A stretch of 64,000 nucleotides of DNA from Camelus ferus (Eukaryota): positions 112,532,001 through 112,596,000 of the forward strand of contig NC_045697.1 in NCBI RefSeq assembly GCF_009834535.1, written 5' to 3'. Positions 40,054 to 54,200 of the stretch are shown piece after piece (the stretch's first letter is position 1; each line of letters begins with the position of its first letter). The notes beneath the pieces were generated by a model. It searched no databases, had not been told where the DNA came from, and saw nothing but the letters and a program-made list of their open reading frames with translations. Both the position numbers and the translations under genes were made by a program.

Positions 40054-42820
40054 GTAAGAGGAGGTTTGATTTTGATACACTAGGACAGCCAAGCCCACCA
40101 CAGCCAGTGCTGTGCTCGGCGCCCCAGGAGTGGTCCAGGCTTCCGAGCAGCTGGGCTGCTGCTCTCAGTGAGTGATGGAGCATTGGAAGAGGACCATTGG
40201 TAACTAACAGGAATATATTAGGTGTCACCTCTGTTGTTTGAATGAAGGAACCAAATCCATGAGGATATTGGCTGCCTGAAAGAGAAAAACTTCTGTCTCT
40301 TTTTTCTAAACCTCCTACAGAGTCACTTGGACTCTGCTGGTCCTTCCCTGGGGCTCGCCCGGCTGCCTTGGATGGCTGTGGCTGCGGCTGTTGTCCATTT
40401 TCAGACTGTGGGGCTGTCAAAGTCTGTTCATTTTGCACACTGTCCATTAAGCTAGAATGTTTGACAATAACTTTCTTAACAAAGTGACAGAGAAGCCGGA
40501 GCTGTGACAGCCGTGTCACTGAGCACATAACAGGAATTAGGGCGGCACTGTACCGCCGCGTAAGGTCTACTGCTTCCATGGTCATCCTCAGTGATGCGTG
40601 TGGATGACTCTCGTTTGACGTCTGCATTATTTGCATTTTTTCCTTCATGACAAAAGCATTATTTGAAACTTACATGGGCTGGAGAAATTGAATACTCGAC
40701 TTATTACGTGTAGGCTTTATTTTGTAGGGAAATTTAGCAGCTGTAGTTCTAAGGGAAAGTGCTTGAAAGATCAGATGCTGGGGACTTCTTTCAAAGCTTT
40801 TTAAGGAGGTGGAGCAAACTCAAGGGAATTGGGTGAAAATATGAGAAATGTTGCTGCATTCCTCTAAAAGAGGTCTTGAGACAAAAACTGTCATCCTCTT
40901 GTTTCCTTGACATAACTACTATCTAGTCCACAGGACTTGTTAGCTTTGTAGAAGATGAGCTTTCCCCAGATCCAGTTCCAAATGTTCATCTCTTTTTTTT
41001 TTCCCTCAAGAATAGGTGTTAGGGAGACGGGGGTGGCAGTGAAACAAAACCCAAACCGACCAAACAAAGCCAAAGGGGGTGGAGTGTCAAGGAGAGCCTG
41101 AGAGGAAGAGAGTGATGGACTTGAAGCTCCTTCAAGTGAGACAAGACAGGTGTAGCCTCTTTGCACTTTGTTGGAACTGATTTTGAAAATGTCACTGAAG
41201 AGCAGGGAGACTGTGATGTGTCTGGAGTTGGCAGGAAATGTCAGGAGACGTGTCTGACTCAGGTACTATGAGATGCACGTTTACTTTGGTCCTCGCCCTG
41301 CCATAAGCACACGGGGCATTTCTGGAGTTTCTGAGGATGAAACATCTCTGCAAAGTGAAGAAATTTATCAGCTTAGTATTAACTGGAAATATTCTCCACG
41401 CTGTGTCTCTTTCTCTTGACTTGGTGATATGACTGTTAAATCATCGAAGAGCTATCTCTCAAGTTAATTGGGGAGAGGAGTGGGGGACGCTGATCAATTC
41501 TGAAGATGGGTATGAAAATGCTAAAAGCAAGATTTATAAAATTTATTCATTACCTACTTATCATTTAGATTCTTTGGATGAGTCTAAGATAGTTTTGAAG
41601 GAAACTTCATATTGGGTGGCAATTTTGTTGAATATCCAGAAAGATCAGCATCTGAGTGGCATTTGGAATGAAAACACCGTTTCTGTTCCAGGTCCCACAC
41701 CCCCTTCTTTGGCGTTGTGTCTGTAACAGAAATCTCTTGCTGTTCGTGTCTACTTGTCAATGAATCAGATAAATCTGGGGTGGCTTATGTGACTTTTTAA
41801 ATAGATCAAACTTGGTTTCATCCTTGTTAGAAATAAGGATGCAGTTATTCAACCTCAAATAAAAATAGCCAGAATCTTGATCTAGATATTGGTGTTAAGC
41901 CACATCTTCCAAAACCCTCACAAGGCTTTTGAGAAAAATGTCCATTTCTGAGCAGCTGTGTTTCCCTCTGGGACAAGCACACTTTATTATGTCACAGTGT
42001 GAGTCAGTGGACATGCTTAGAGGAAAATCAGGTTAATTATGAGAAAGAGAACTCCCAGATTACATATTATTTTTAAAAAGAGGCATCGTTCTGAGCATCA
42101 GAAAGGGAAGACCATTTTAGGTTCAGATACATCTTGGTTTCCTATAGGATGAAGTTGAAGTTTCTCTCTAAGAGTATGTTTGAAACATACTGTTAAATCT
42201 TACGGGCCATTGAAGTGTTTGTTTTGATGGCCTTAATAAATAATCTAGAGAAGTTGTGAATGACGTTTAAGGTGGATAAAGTAAACAGCACACACGCTGT
42301 GCATGGAAAGCAGGTATAATCTATTCAGGACAATGATTTCTGTAATTCCAAGTGCCGGTTCTCTCTAAAGGAAGGTAAATCAGGGACATTTCCTGGTTGT
42401 TGAACGAATGAGGCACACCCTCCTTTGAAGTTTCTTTAGTATATTTTGCTTGTCTTAAAGTTATCCACGTAATATCTGTGCACAGAGGGCAAATGATCTA
42501 ATTTCAGAACTAAGACTTTGCTAATTTAGATGTGAGTCAATTTAATTTGTTCTATTAGAAACTTAGACTCTCTCAAATACCCTAATCTATTAACTTTACA
42601 CTTAGGTTTTATTTGTTTGTTTGTTTGAAGGCATATGCAGAAAAAAAGATGTGGAGACTATTTCTTAGCTATTATTACACTCCAGGAGATTTAAGCTATA
42701 AAAATAATTAACAGATTAATATTAAAAAAAAAACTCTAACCCCGAGCTTTATTGCAAATGTACATTTGACATATTTTGTGTAGCGTAACAGTATAATCAT
42801 TTATCTTTTTAGTTAATCTT

Positions 42821-43021
42821 TAAAAAAATTTTTTATAGTCAGTTTACAATGTTGTATCAGTTTCTGGTGTACAGCATCATGTTTCAGTCATACATCTGCA
42901 TACATATATATTTGTTTTCGTATACTTTTTCATTATAGGTTGCTACAAGATATTTAATATAGTTTCTTGTACTATATGGTAGAAATTTGTTCTTTGTCTA
43001 TTTTATATATAGTAGTTAATA
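42821..43021 (-). mobile_element. Short camelid-type L1 3' tail
   Basis: Reverse-complement homology to 11340-11540; perfect 13-bp TSD tttagttaatctt at 42808-42820 and 43022-43034. Confidence 0.9.
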
Positions 43022-44599
43022 TTTAGTTAATCTTAAACCCCGGAAGTACAAAATGCAAAATACCATATTGCATCCAGTTTGGATGTAGTTGGTATTAGTG
43101 CTCAGGGGAGGATCTTTCTAAAATATCAGCTCTGGAAGTCCTCGGGCAGTTGAAGGACAGTGTGCCTCGGGCTGGCATCCCAGAGACAAGATTTTATCAG
43201 CAAAATCAGAGGTGATCAATTTCTTACAAAATGAATTGACTAATCAAAATTATAGGAGGTTTATGTACAATGCAGTAGGTCAATTTATTAATTTATATAT
43301 ACATGGAGGGGATTTGTTTGTTTGTTTGTGATGGAATGCTTGACTGCAAGCTCCAGGAACGTTCTGGAAAGGAAACTGGTCATCAGATTTCCCTTCGTAG
43401 CATGGAAACGAGGAGGTAAATCAATTGGTTTGGGTGGGGTTAGTTCATCTCCCCCTGGGGAAAGCCAGGAAGTTGAGAAGGCCATGGGAGAAGCTCTCTT
43501 CTGTTGGGGCTCATAGCTCCAGACCTCTCCAGATCTTTCCCTCTCATGTTGAGTGCAGGGACTAACCAGTTTAGCGTCTTTAAATCTCATTTGCATACCT
43601 TTCTAAGTAGGCCACTTTTCTCATCATCCATTTTTTTTCCTTCTTTTTGACATACGTTAACATCCCTTTTTAGGCTGCAATTAATTCACATCAGGGATTT
43701 GGAACTGTAGGACATCTGTGTCTTACAAGGGGAATCAAATTTGTAGACTTCAGGGGTAATTGAATTTCATACTCTGTAACTGGAAATTACAGATTGTGCA
43801 AATTCCACTGTTTAATTAACCTGGAACACACATTCCTTATAATTCTACGGAATTTATCAGGAAACGTGTCTAGGACCCATTGTACTTGGAACTTAGAGGG
43901 CAGCTGGGGGCCACGCCCAGTGTGCGATGGAGCCACCAGCTGTATTGAACACTGCCCCACCCCCATCAGCACACCCCATTCCTCAGCTGAAGGGGGGCTG
44001 TGTTGGAAAAGTGCAAGACGGGGGACCCTTTCCTTCCAACCTTCCTTCACTCTCAAACTGACCATCCATGGCAACCATGCTTTGGAAGAGTTTTGGAGGG
44101 AAAAAACCAAAAAGAAATAAACTTTCATTTATATGTACATTTTCCTTTACTGCTTTCACAATTTTATGATATCTCTCTATTTCAATTTCCTTATGTTTTT
44201 TCAGAAAGAATGCTGAACTTTCCTTCCTTTTTCCAAGGATATCCCTTCCAAATCTCCTACTTGTGTTCCCAATGACAGTCCGAGGGGCCAGCTTTCCTTA
44301 CTCAGAGTAGCTACTGATCTCTTACTTGGCAATCCCTTCATGAACTTAAAAAATACATATATGGCTTTTTCAATACTCTTCATTTGAAATAGCAAATATA
44401 GATTTATCAATTTATTTTTAGTAGAAAGTCATAAAAGTTAAGTAACATATTTAATCTCAGGACCAGAGCCTAATTTGAGATTAGCCAATCTAATTTCAAA
44501 TTTGATGTTTCTTTACCATTAAGGGACCACCACCTTTTCCCATTCCTTAATCAAAATTTGTGGCTCAGAAGATTCCAGAATCAGAAAGTCCTTTTAAAG

Positions 44600-44725
44600 T
44601 GTTTAATTCCACCATCAAAACATACAGAGAATGAATAACTTACCCATGTCATACGACTAGTTAGTGGTAAATTTGGGACAAAAACACAGGCCTTCTGACT
44701 GCCAGTCTAGCATTCTTTCTGTTAT
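44600..44725 (-). mobile_element. MIR fragment
   Basis: taacttacccatgtcatacgactagttagtgg...ttctgactgccagtc. Confidence 0.5.
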
Positions 44726-45289
44726 TGCTGCATTTAGTGATTTTTTTTTCAAGGCACAAAATTACAATCCTCAAACTTAAAGCAGTTCATAGAACCCCCA
44801 AAGCTGCTAATCTCTGAGTGGAGGAGTTTAGGTTAGAGTTAGCTGCTCATGACTCATAGGTTAGATGGCATATAAAAATAGCTCTAATTTACAGAATGTA
44901 ACTAGAATGAATTTTATTAAAAGTTAGGAAATAATGGAAAAATAAATAATAATGCTCAAAATAGTTTGGTAGGGAGGATACTGGGCTGGAATTCAGCGTA
45001 CCTGAAATGCAGCCCTGGCTTCACCAAAGTCTTTTAACCTTGAATAGCTCACCTCCCCCTGCCCCCAGCTTGTACCCTAGAAAAAAAAGCACATTTACTG
45101 GTAAATGTAGAAAAAAAGTTTACTAGATCTCATTTTAAAAGTAAGAGCATTTTATTTTCTTCTGTGACTCCTTTCACATAATCATGTGGTCATGCTTCAC
45201 TCTGGGCACCCAGAGACCATGGGGGTCCCCAAGGGCATGTCTGGCTCAGGCAGAGCAGGGCTCACCTTCAGTGTACACCTGCTGTTTCC

Positions 45290-45830
45290 ACGGCCCGTCA
45301 TTCATTCTTCTTCTGGTAGCAGATGCTCAGTGGACCAGCCCTGCTCCTGCTTAGCCACATGATTCAGGATGGCCTCGATGGGCTTAAACCAATCAGTATA
45401 TCGTAATACTCTGTCCAGGAATGGGTTCAGGACTGGAAACAGCTCCATCAGAATCAGTAACACATACGGAGCCTTTCATAAACTTCCTGGAGAAGAGAAG
45501 CCTTATTGTTCTGGAAAAACTCTGGAATAGACCAGCTCTCTTCTCCTGGATGGTTTGTGTAAAGGTGTGAGGTCTGTACAGGGTATTCTGAGTGGAAAGG
45601 TTGGCTCTTCAAGGGGACCAGAGATGCTGCAGATGTCGAAGGTGCCCTGGAAACAGGCAGGACAGAGAGAAAGAAAACAGCTTCTGTGAGATGCCGGTTG
45701 AACGACTGAGCCAATCCTTGCTTGAGACCAACCGTTGTTCAAAACCAAACAACCTTCCAATTTAGTGATTCCATATACGCTCTTTATCACTTAAGCCATT
45801 TTTTGGTTTGGAAGTTACATCACTTACAGT
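45290..45830 (+). mobile_element. Old MaLR LTR (MLT1K/L-like)
   Basis: ttaaaccaatcag...gggttcagga...gagagaaagaaaacag...cttaagccattttttggtttgg...tcactta. Confidence 0.5.
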
Positions 45831-47804
45831 ACAGCAGAGCCCTAGGTGACTCTTTGCCAAAGTGTAGTTACAGCTGTTTCCTGCACTATTACCTGTGCAG
45901 CAGCTGACTTCTGAGATCGGAAGGAGCTGGGATCCAGGCACAGCCGTCACAGACACTGATCTGTGAATAACCACGCGCATTTACCCACAATGCTCTGTAC
46001 GCACCAAGTGAAATGCATTTTTAGCAGGTGTGAGTCTGACACGACAGGGAGCATGCCAGGGGGTAGAAAGGCTAATTCTCTTTTCATTTCTCCAGAAGAG
46101 CACTTTCCAATGACTCCCCAGAGTCTAAATTGAATAGTAGATTCCCAAGTGCTTGGAGTGAATTCCACGGAGTGTGCTCATAGTACTGGAATAGTTCTCT
46201 ATAATGAAAACTAGGAAATTTCCATATCCTTATTTGCTTTCAGCAATAAAATTAACATAACTCACACTAATTTTTCTAGTTTAAAACAGACGTCGTGGGA
46301 AATTGCATTAATAAGGAAGACAGAATAACGCATTTTATTGACTATTAAATGAAAATAATTCGTAATTCCTGACACACCCTGGTCAGTGTTTTTTAAAAAT
46401 AGTGGGCTCAGTTAGGGAGGTTGATTGTTAAAACCCATCCCAGGTGTGGATTTTTAACATTATGATGAATTCATGGCCAATTTAATGAGACTCCACGCGA
46501 TCATTGTTTTTGAAAGATGGTGGAACAAAAATCCTGATGCGGGAGTGTCTAGGTTTATGGGAGGAGCAGGTGTAGCTACAGATGTTTTATTAATCAGAAT
46601 TTTTAGACCTTGCTGATTACCCAACATTTAACTCAGTTCTTTGCAGCACAAAGGGAGCAGTGCCGATGCCAAGGTGGATTTAGAATCCCTCACTTTGAGG
46701 TCCCGCTGAAGGGTGAGCCTGGCGGCGTGAGCATCCCTTTCCCCAGCTCATTCTGACCACATCACCCTGAGCCGCTCGCAACGGCCTACATGGCCTCCAA
46801 GCGGGGATGAGAAATGACATCTATTCGATACTCATTCTCTCCTCTGTCTCTGCAGCCCTGTTAAATAATTGAAATAGGCGTGACACGAGGGTAGAAGTGG
46901 TGATGAGACTTGGCTCTTAAAGGAATGGAAGGAGAAGGAAGCAAAGGCCAGTGAGCTCCTGGGCGCGGGGTTTCCTGACTTGTCAGGTCCACGACCTCAC
47001 TCATCACATGGTGCAGTTCCGGACGAGCCAGGCAAAGAGGGCAGTTGCGGAGGGTCCTCTTCCCCCAACCACTGCCAAAGATTACACGCTCTCTGATGCA
47101 GAGGAGTGCAGTGGATTCTTTAGGATTTGTGCTTTTGATGTCAACATCAAAAAGAGAGTTTCTCAGGAAAAAATTCTGGCACTAGGCAACTGGTGGACAC
47201 GCAGAGCTGCAGGGCACAGGAAAGCTCATGTGTGAGATGCAGAGTGAGCAAAGGTTGGTTGAGGGAGGCACCGTTTCCCCGAAATGGTCCTATTTTTTCA
47301 CAGATAGTAAACCTGAACACGTTTACTCCTAAAAAAGATTCCATACCGGGGCGTTGGGCTGTGAATGCTTAGTGGCTGGAAGTCTGTCTGTTTTAAGTTG
47401 TGCAGGCCTAGATCCGTAACAGTTTTACTTTCCAATTTCGACTCAGAATTAATCGTCCTAAAGTTACACAAAATATGAAAGTGATGTGTTATTGTAAAAG
47501 TTACAAACCTTTAAAAATTCAAATTCCAGCAATATGACTTGTTTCAATTTAAAACAACTTTCTCCATGGTCATATACTATGAAGCGACCTGATAGTACAC
47601 TCAGTTTTTGGAAGAAGTGAGTTCTGCTTCCCATTAGCCAATTGCGCAGGAAAGGACTTGCCTTTGACTGTCAGTGTTACCGTCTCATTCAGGCATTCTG
47701 TTTGGTGTCCAGTGAGAGTATAATAGAAACTTTGTGCTTCAGAATTAGAAGGAATCTCTTGCATGTTACGTGACCATCTATGTGGAGAGGCACAGAGCCA
47801 GGGA

Positions 47805-48045
47805 CTTAAAACCATGTGTTTGGAAGGAGATAAACTGGGTTCAGATCTGACCTTTGCCACTTCTTAGTTGTGGGACCTCGGCAAGATTGCTTGATACCTC
47901 TGTGCCTCAGTTTCCTCATGTGTAAAATAATGACAAATGGGAGAAGTACCTCATAAAGTTTGGAGAATTAAAACGAGTTAATGTTTCTCAACTGCCAGGA
48001 AGATTTATTGGGATGAATAAACACCATTAGTGCTTGATAAATGAA
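47805..48045 (+). mobile_element. MIR SINE
   Basis: ctgggttcagatctgacctttgccacttcttag...ctctgtgcctcagtttcctcatgtgtaaaat core. Confidence 0.8.
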
Positions 48046-49489
48046 AGTGGAAGAGGAATCAAATCCCTATGCTTTTCATCAACCTATTTTATTATTTTTA
48101 GTGAATAAAACTCATTGGTTAATCCCTTCCATTAATGATGAAGCAATGACGAAACAGAAAAGGTTGCGTGGAGTCATAGATCAAGCCTTTATAATAATGA
48201 TGATGATAAAAATAATGAAGACAAAAAACAACTCATTGCTGTTTGAAGTTTGCTGGCACTCTGTTTGCCTTAGATGAGTGAACCCTCACCTCACAGTTTT
48301 TCTTGACTGTCTGAATGTCAGTCTTAAGGCTGCTGAACCAAGAATTTTCTAGAGTCAAGAATCTGTAGAAGAGTCCATGGTATCTTTCACTGCTGCTCTC
48401 GGCACATATTGCCAAGTGTTCTCAACATTTCTTGGGCTTTTAAATTAGAATATTATAAATATCTATTATTTTGAGAATTCTTCTTACTTTTCTTCTTCTT
48501 TATGGGGGTAATGCTCTCAGTTTCCTTTTGTTTTACCAACTCTAGTTATTATGCAGACTAGGACATGCTGTGAAAAACTAAAATGACCATTGCTACTGTT
48601 ATAGGAAAATCTGTTGGATTCACACCCATAGGGTTTTCTTGTGAATATCTGAGCACTTAGGGCAGTGGTCATTTTTTTTTCATTTTTCTGAATCAAAATA
48701 ACACTCTTAACAAAATCATGTTGTGCCAAAGAGCTTTTAAATGGCCCTCAGCTGCACAATGAAGACTTTACTGTAACTGCTGAACCCACAGCAGCTTGTA
48801 CGTGGGGTGTTGGCCTGGCTCAATTCCACATGAAGTGTTCTGTGAAAAGTTTTTTTTTTCTTTTCCTTTTGCTACTCTTTGAGACATCAGTGCTTGCAAC
48901 ATCAATGAAATGACTGAGGGAGTAGAAATGCCTTGTAAAAAGCCACTACCCTGACTTTGAATTGGGATAACAGAATATGAAATCCCTGGCAGTTAGCTGA
49001 TTTACAGGGACTGGCTAACACACAGGTGGTATTTAACAGGTGTCACTCACTCTGCCTTTGTACGATGTCAGCAAGGGAGGGGACCACTTTCCTCCAGGTG
49101 CCTCAAGTTGGAGAAATTCTAGGCTTCAAAGTTCTGAATGTGGATGGACAAGTATCAACTATTCCCCAAAGCAGTTTTTCTCTCTCCCTGAATTTATCAT
49201 ATGTGACAAATATATATATGTGTATATATATATATATAATTCTGGTAATCAGCATTAACAGAGAATCTTTCTTCTCTGCTTGCTAAATGAACATGCTATA
49301 AAAGTAAAGACAGCTTTTCTCTAATCTTGACATTAATATAAATGTATATAATATGTATTTAATGTATATATAATCATCATCTTTATTATAATAGCTAATA
49401 ATTATTGGACACTTATACACCATAATTATTGTCCAATAGGAATTGTTTTATGTGCTTTGCATGGTAAAGCCCAACTTCTTTATCAGATC

Positions 49490-50000
49490 ATATTCCAGTT
49501 GCTATTTCTATGTAAAGAAGTGCCCCAAAACTTAATGGGTTAAATGAATCCTGTGGGTCAGGAATCTGACCGGCGCACAGTGAGATTCGTCGCTGGGTGT
49601 GGCTGTGACTCAGAGGCGACTCAAATGCTGGGAGCTGGGATTATCTGAAAGGTCATCCACCCAGATGCTGGGCACCTGACTTGGGAGGATTAGAAGAGTA
49701 GGACCACCAACTGAACTGCCTCCACGTGGCCTCTCTGAGTGTCTTTGCATCCTTACGGTGTGGTACTTCACGGTAGTCAGACTGCTTACACACAGACACA
49801 AATTCTGAGTGTGAATTTTCCAACAAACAAATCAGATGCTGCCCTGCTGTTCATGACCAGCATCTAATACTCAGGCAGAACCTGTTAGTCAAAGCAGTTG
49901 CTCACAGTCTTATCCAGCTGCAAAGGCAGTGGATCAAGACCCCACCTTTTGATGGAAATAGTGTCAAATAATCTGGGGCTCCTGTTTTTAAAGCCACCAC
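49490..50000 (-). mobile_element. MaLR LTR (MLT1F/G/H-like)
   Basis: ccccaaaacttaatgg...gtgggtcaggaat...ccacgtggcctct...tttttaaagccaccaca. Confidence 0.7.
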
Positions 50001-51290
50001 AGCTCACTTGGGGCCACCATTACTCACACCCCTTCCTTTGCACTCCAGGGTGCAAACTACACTTAGTCCTTCCCCCAAGTCCTCTGAGGTCCCACCCCAT
50101 TTCTTCAGCAACTAACAAGTACAGGATCTCGTCACCTAAACTTTCTGGTTGTAAGCGAGACTTCCTAGGTGCAGTTCTGGGGCAGTTGTTCTCAATCTGA
50201 TGAGCTCTGAAAGAAAGAGACACGTTGTTGGTCCACTGCACACTTAACATGCAGCGGTCGAGTCATCTCCGCACACACTCACATTCAAACGGAGGAATAA
50301 GAGGCACGCAGCAGCCCCCGGCCCATAGCAGTTCTGAAATCAGCTGGGCACCTGCTGCGAATTCTTTGACCACGGTTTCTTCTGACTTCCCCGAAGCAGT
50401 TTTCTGAGGCTCTTGGTTCTGCTCCTTAGGGTTTGGCTGTTCCCCTTTCGTTAGCCTTTCTTTTCCATAAGATGTCATCTGCCCTTCCAATGAGAAGCCC
50501 TCTCAAGCTTGCTTCCTGCTCACAAAAGGTGACCTCTTCATTTCGGACTGTCTCTGTCCTTTTTAGTCAAGGTGGACCTGGACCAATTTCCCTGAACGTG
50601 TTGTGTAGGTCTCCCGTGTTGTGATTTATAATCCACTTAATCAGACAGAAGTCATACCCACAGTTTTCTTCAAGATAAACTCAACTACACTGGCCTCCTA
50701 TGAAGTGTCTGGAGACAAGGATCTTAATATTCTCAGAATCCCCACTGCTCCGCAGAGGGGACTTGCCGGAGGAGCTCTTCAGATCCTGAGAAGGCTTGTT
50801 TCCTCTTTGAAAGGGTTTGTGAGGCACCACTTCTAACCCTTCCAGGCTCTTCCCAAAGAGCTTTTATAGCCTGTCCCTTGATGTCCTCTTAACCCAGCGA
50901 CATTCACCCGAGGAAGCAGGGTTTGGTATCTGCCCTGGGGCATTTTCCTAATTTGAGACTCTTCTGCTGGGAGAGACTGGGGATGGAAAAAATAGTTTTA
51001 TTTCTAAACAAAAGGAGCATGGCCTGGCTCCCTTATGTTTCATCTGAATTTTCCTGAGAAACCAGTTCTCTTTCCGTCTGTCTCTACCTTTGGATCACAT
51101 TACATACAGCCTGTAAATACCGTTAGCTGTTTTCTCATCACAAGTGACAATATTGCCAAACTTTCTGCCACTGACAAGGGTCACACTTTTTTTTTTCAAC
51201 CTCCAATAAAAATTTCTCCTAAATTTCCCATCCGTGATCAGATCTCCCTGAGGTCCTTCCACCTCTCATTATCAGTCTCTTCATGGACCA
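50001..51290 (-). mobile_element. MLT1 internal sequence attached to the LTR
   Basis: Contiguous with the LTR; motifs such as gggagagactggggatgg and tcacaagtgacaa resemble recalled MLT1-int. Confidence 0.45.
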
Positions 51291-54200
51291 TATTAGTCAG
51301 GGTTCTTCAGAAAACCAATACATGATCAAATTTTCTGTTCCAGAGCCTGCCTTTACACTTGATATTATCATTTGTACAGCTTCTTCTAATACAGTGCCTG
51401 AAGAGGTTAAATGCAGATTTTGTGCTTGCCACACTGATTCTTTGGAAAGGATATGACAATCTGTTTTAATACCACATTTATATATAGAAATCATCTCCGA
51501 CATTGCTAGATTGGTTAATTTCAGCTGCTAAATTAACTTTACAACCATAACAATGATTCTGCTAGTGACTAATTTTTATTCTTCTAAATCAAGCCCTTTA
51601 GATTTCCATACCTAGTTGCGCTCTTGAAACACATTTAAGACTCCTTTCTTGACTACAAATATACGTTGCAAGATGAATAAATCAAATACTTAAAAGTAGA
51701 GTGTACTTTAAATTTTTAAAACTTGCACAGTATCAAATGCAAAGTGCAAAATTCTTTTGACAGGGCTCGTTCCCTTGGCTAATTCATATTTCCCCCTTTT
51801 TATAATATTCTGAATGAAAATACAAAAGGTATACTTACTTCTTAAATATGTAACTGTATTTGGAAGGCTTGATCACGTCAGACAATCTCTCATGAGACTG
51901 AGTCATCTCACCTGGCCCCTAGCCCTTTAAATAAAACAGCCCTCCAGTGCACCTTTTCATGGAGAGTGTACTTTTTCAAATGTAATTGGGCGAAGACTGT
52001 TATCAGTCTTTCCTTGCCCCGTGCTCTCCACCAATTCTAGCGAAGGGACCATCCCTCCACTGGATTTGGTTCTGTGGCACCGTCACTAACAGGGACAACC
52101 TGGCCGGCAAATCTAACATGAGAAGCTGGAACTAGTCTACCTTCCACACACGACAGTGACGTCACATGTAATAGGACTGTTGCCCCAGGTTTTCTGTACC
52201 CGTGAGCTTTTCTTCAGTTCTGGGTCCATGAAGCTCACGTCTGCCTCAGGGACTGGATTTACTGATCCCGTTTACCTGTCATGTTTTCCCTTTCTGTGCC
52301 TGGCTCTGTCCACCTGTGTGGATCCGTCTTAGTATTGCAGCTCCCGCCCTGCCCCACTTTCTGTCCCATGGCTTGGTATTATTGGCTATAACACCACGAT
52401 CTAGACTGTAGATCCCAATCTGAAATTATCCTCCCTGTCTACACCTACTTGGAAATAAGATACAGACGGGAGAAGTGCCCCGTCCTTGGCTACAGCCATG
52501 GTGTCCGGAGCAGGGCTGGTGCCTTGCAGCCAACAGTAAACATTTGTGGGAGGGAGAAATTGTATTTAGAACTCCTGAGATGGTCTCCCTCTAGTCTGCT
52601 CTGTTCAGAACTTGCCAGTGGTGTTGTGTTTAGTTCCAACTGCTGTATCTTAAGAGCACTATTGACAAACGAAAGCCTTCCAAGAAATGGACAACCCAAG
52701 TAAGCGAAGAGGCTTGAAATGATTTTTCTACAAGTAAGCTGTTTCAGGTACCTATGTAGCTATGTCTTAGAGGATAAATATTACGCATGAAAGCCACATT
52801 TCCTCCCAAGTATTCGGAGAGTTGAGCTAGGGAGGGATTAAATACGTTCTATGTAGCATTGGTGTGTGTAACCTGGAATTTAAAGGACACTGAATATGAG
52901 TCTGATGAGAACTTAGATTAAAAGTAACCAGACTCCTCTTTTTTTGATTGAAAAAAATAAACCCCAGAGAGTTTGTACCAAAATATGCCCCAAGATGTCA
53001 CTGATTCTGAGATGCAGACATCAGACTAGAATCCAGCCTTCCTGACTCTCACTTAGTGTTCTCTAAAGTATAATTTCTTTCCTTTCCATGAAACACACTG
53101 TCTAGCGTCTGAGGCTCCATCATTTGGTCATTCACTCACTCACTCATCATTCAACAGAGAGGCATTGAGTCTTAAGGTCCTGGGAGCATTCTGGCACTAG
53201 GGGAGGGAGCGTTCTGCACGTAGACCAAGTCCTCACATCCCACCACCCTGGGGAAGAGGGATTCCACCGAGTCTGATTACGGAGGTCAGAAGTAGTCTTG
53301 CAGGGAGGTAGAACTTTTTCACTATCCATGAGAACTTACAGATACTGAGAACTGACTATTTCAGTCTGGGGATAAAAGGGATGGGGCACTGGTCCATGAG
53401 GCAGAAGTGCTCCTGAACCGCTCGGGTGTTCAGTCAGGCGGTAAGAGGGCTTAGGGGGAAATATTCTAGAGGAGATTCAGCTTCCAAATGGGGGGACAGT
53501 CAGGTTCCTTTTCCTTCCGAGTCTGCTTAGCTCTGTTTTGAAGTGTGTCCCCCCCCCCCCCAGGCATGACTGATCTATTATGAAGCAGTTAGTGGACGAT
53601 TCAGTGTGGTTCCCGGGCGGCCTCATTGGCCCCAGGAGCCTCCAGGACCCACAGGAGAACAGTATAATCAGACTCTTCACTCAGGTAGCTGGATGTACAG
53701 CTCATCCGTGTTATCAATCAGGGTATTTTCAAGGCAGTCAAAATAGAGGTGCACAACTTACTAAAACTTTTCAAGCTAGTAGGCTTACCCCAGAGGATTC
53801 TTTTTAAAGCACCTATTGTGCACCTAACGCCATGAAGACATGTGAACAGAACCTGGAAAGGTGTCATCCGTTAGGGTGATGACATCACCATGCCTGGCGC
53901 GGGAGGCTCTGTCCCTCTGGCGCTTGGACTGAGTCCCACTGAGCCCTGCACTGTCCTGATTATTGCCCTCCTCTCCGCCAAATGTCACTTTGGTGAAGTG
54001 GTTCAGCGAAAAACGGGCTTCTTTGACTAAAAGGTCCTATTTATTTAAATAGAGTTTGTACAGCTCAGATTATTTTGATACTGTGCTGGTTGCCATTCTC
54101 CTTAATTCTTCCCCCAGACTGAGTAATTTCAGTTCATTGAATGGCCTCATTTCGTCTCCCACTTCATTTTCCACTCACATCTACATCTTCTCTCTAAATG

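Noticed and set aside
42173..42191. Perfect inverted repeat agtatgttt-g-aaacatact
   Set aside because: Short, AT-rich and isolated; compatible with chance in 64 kb.
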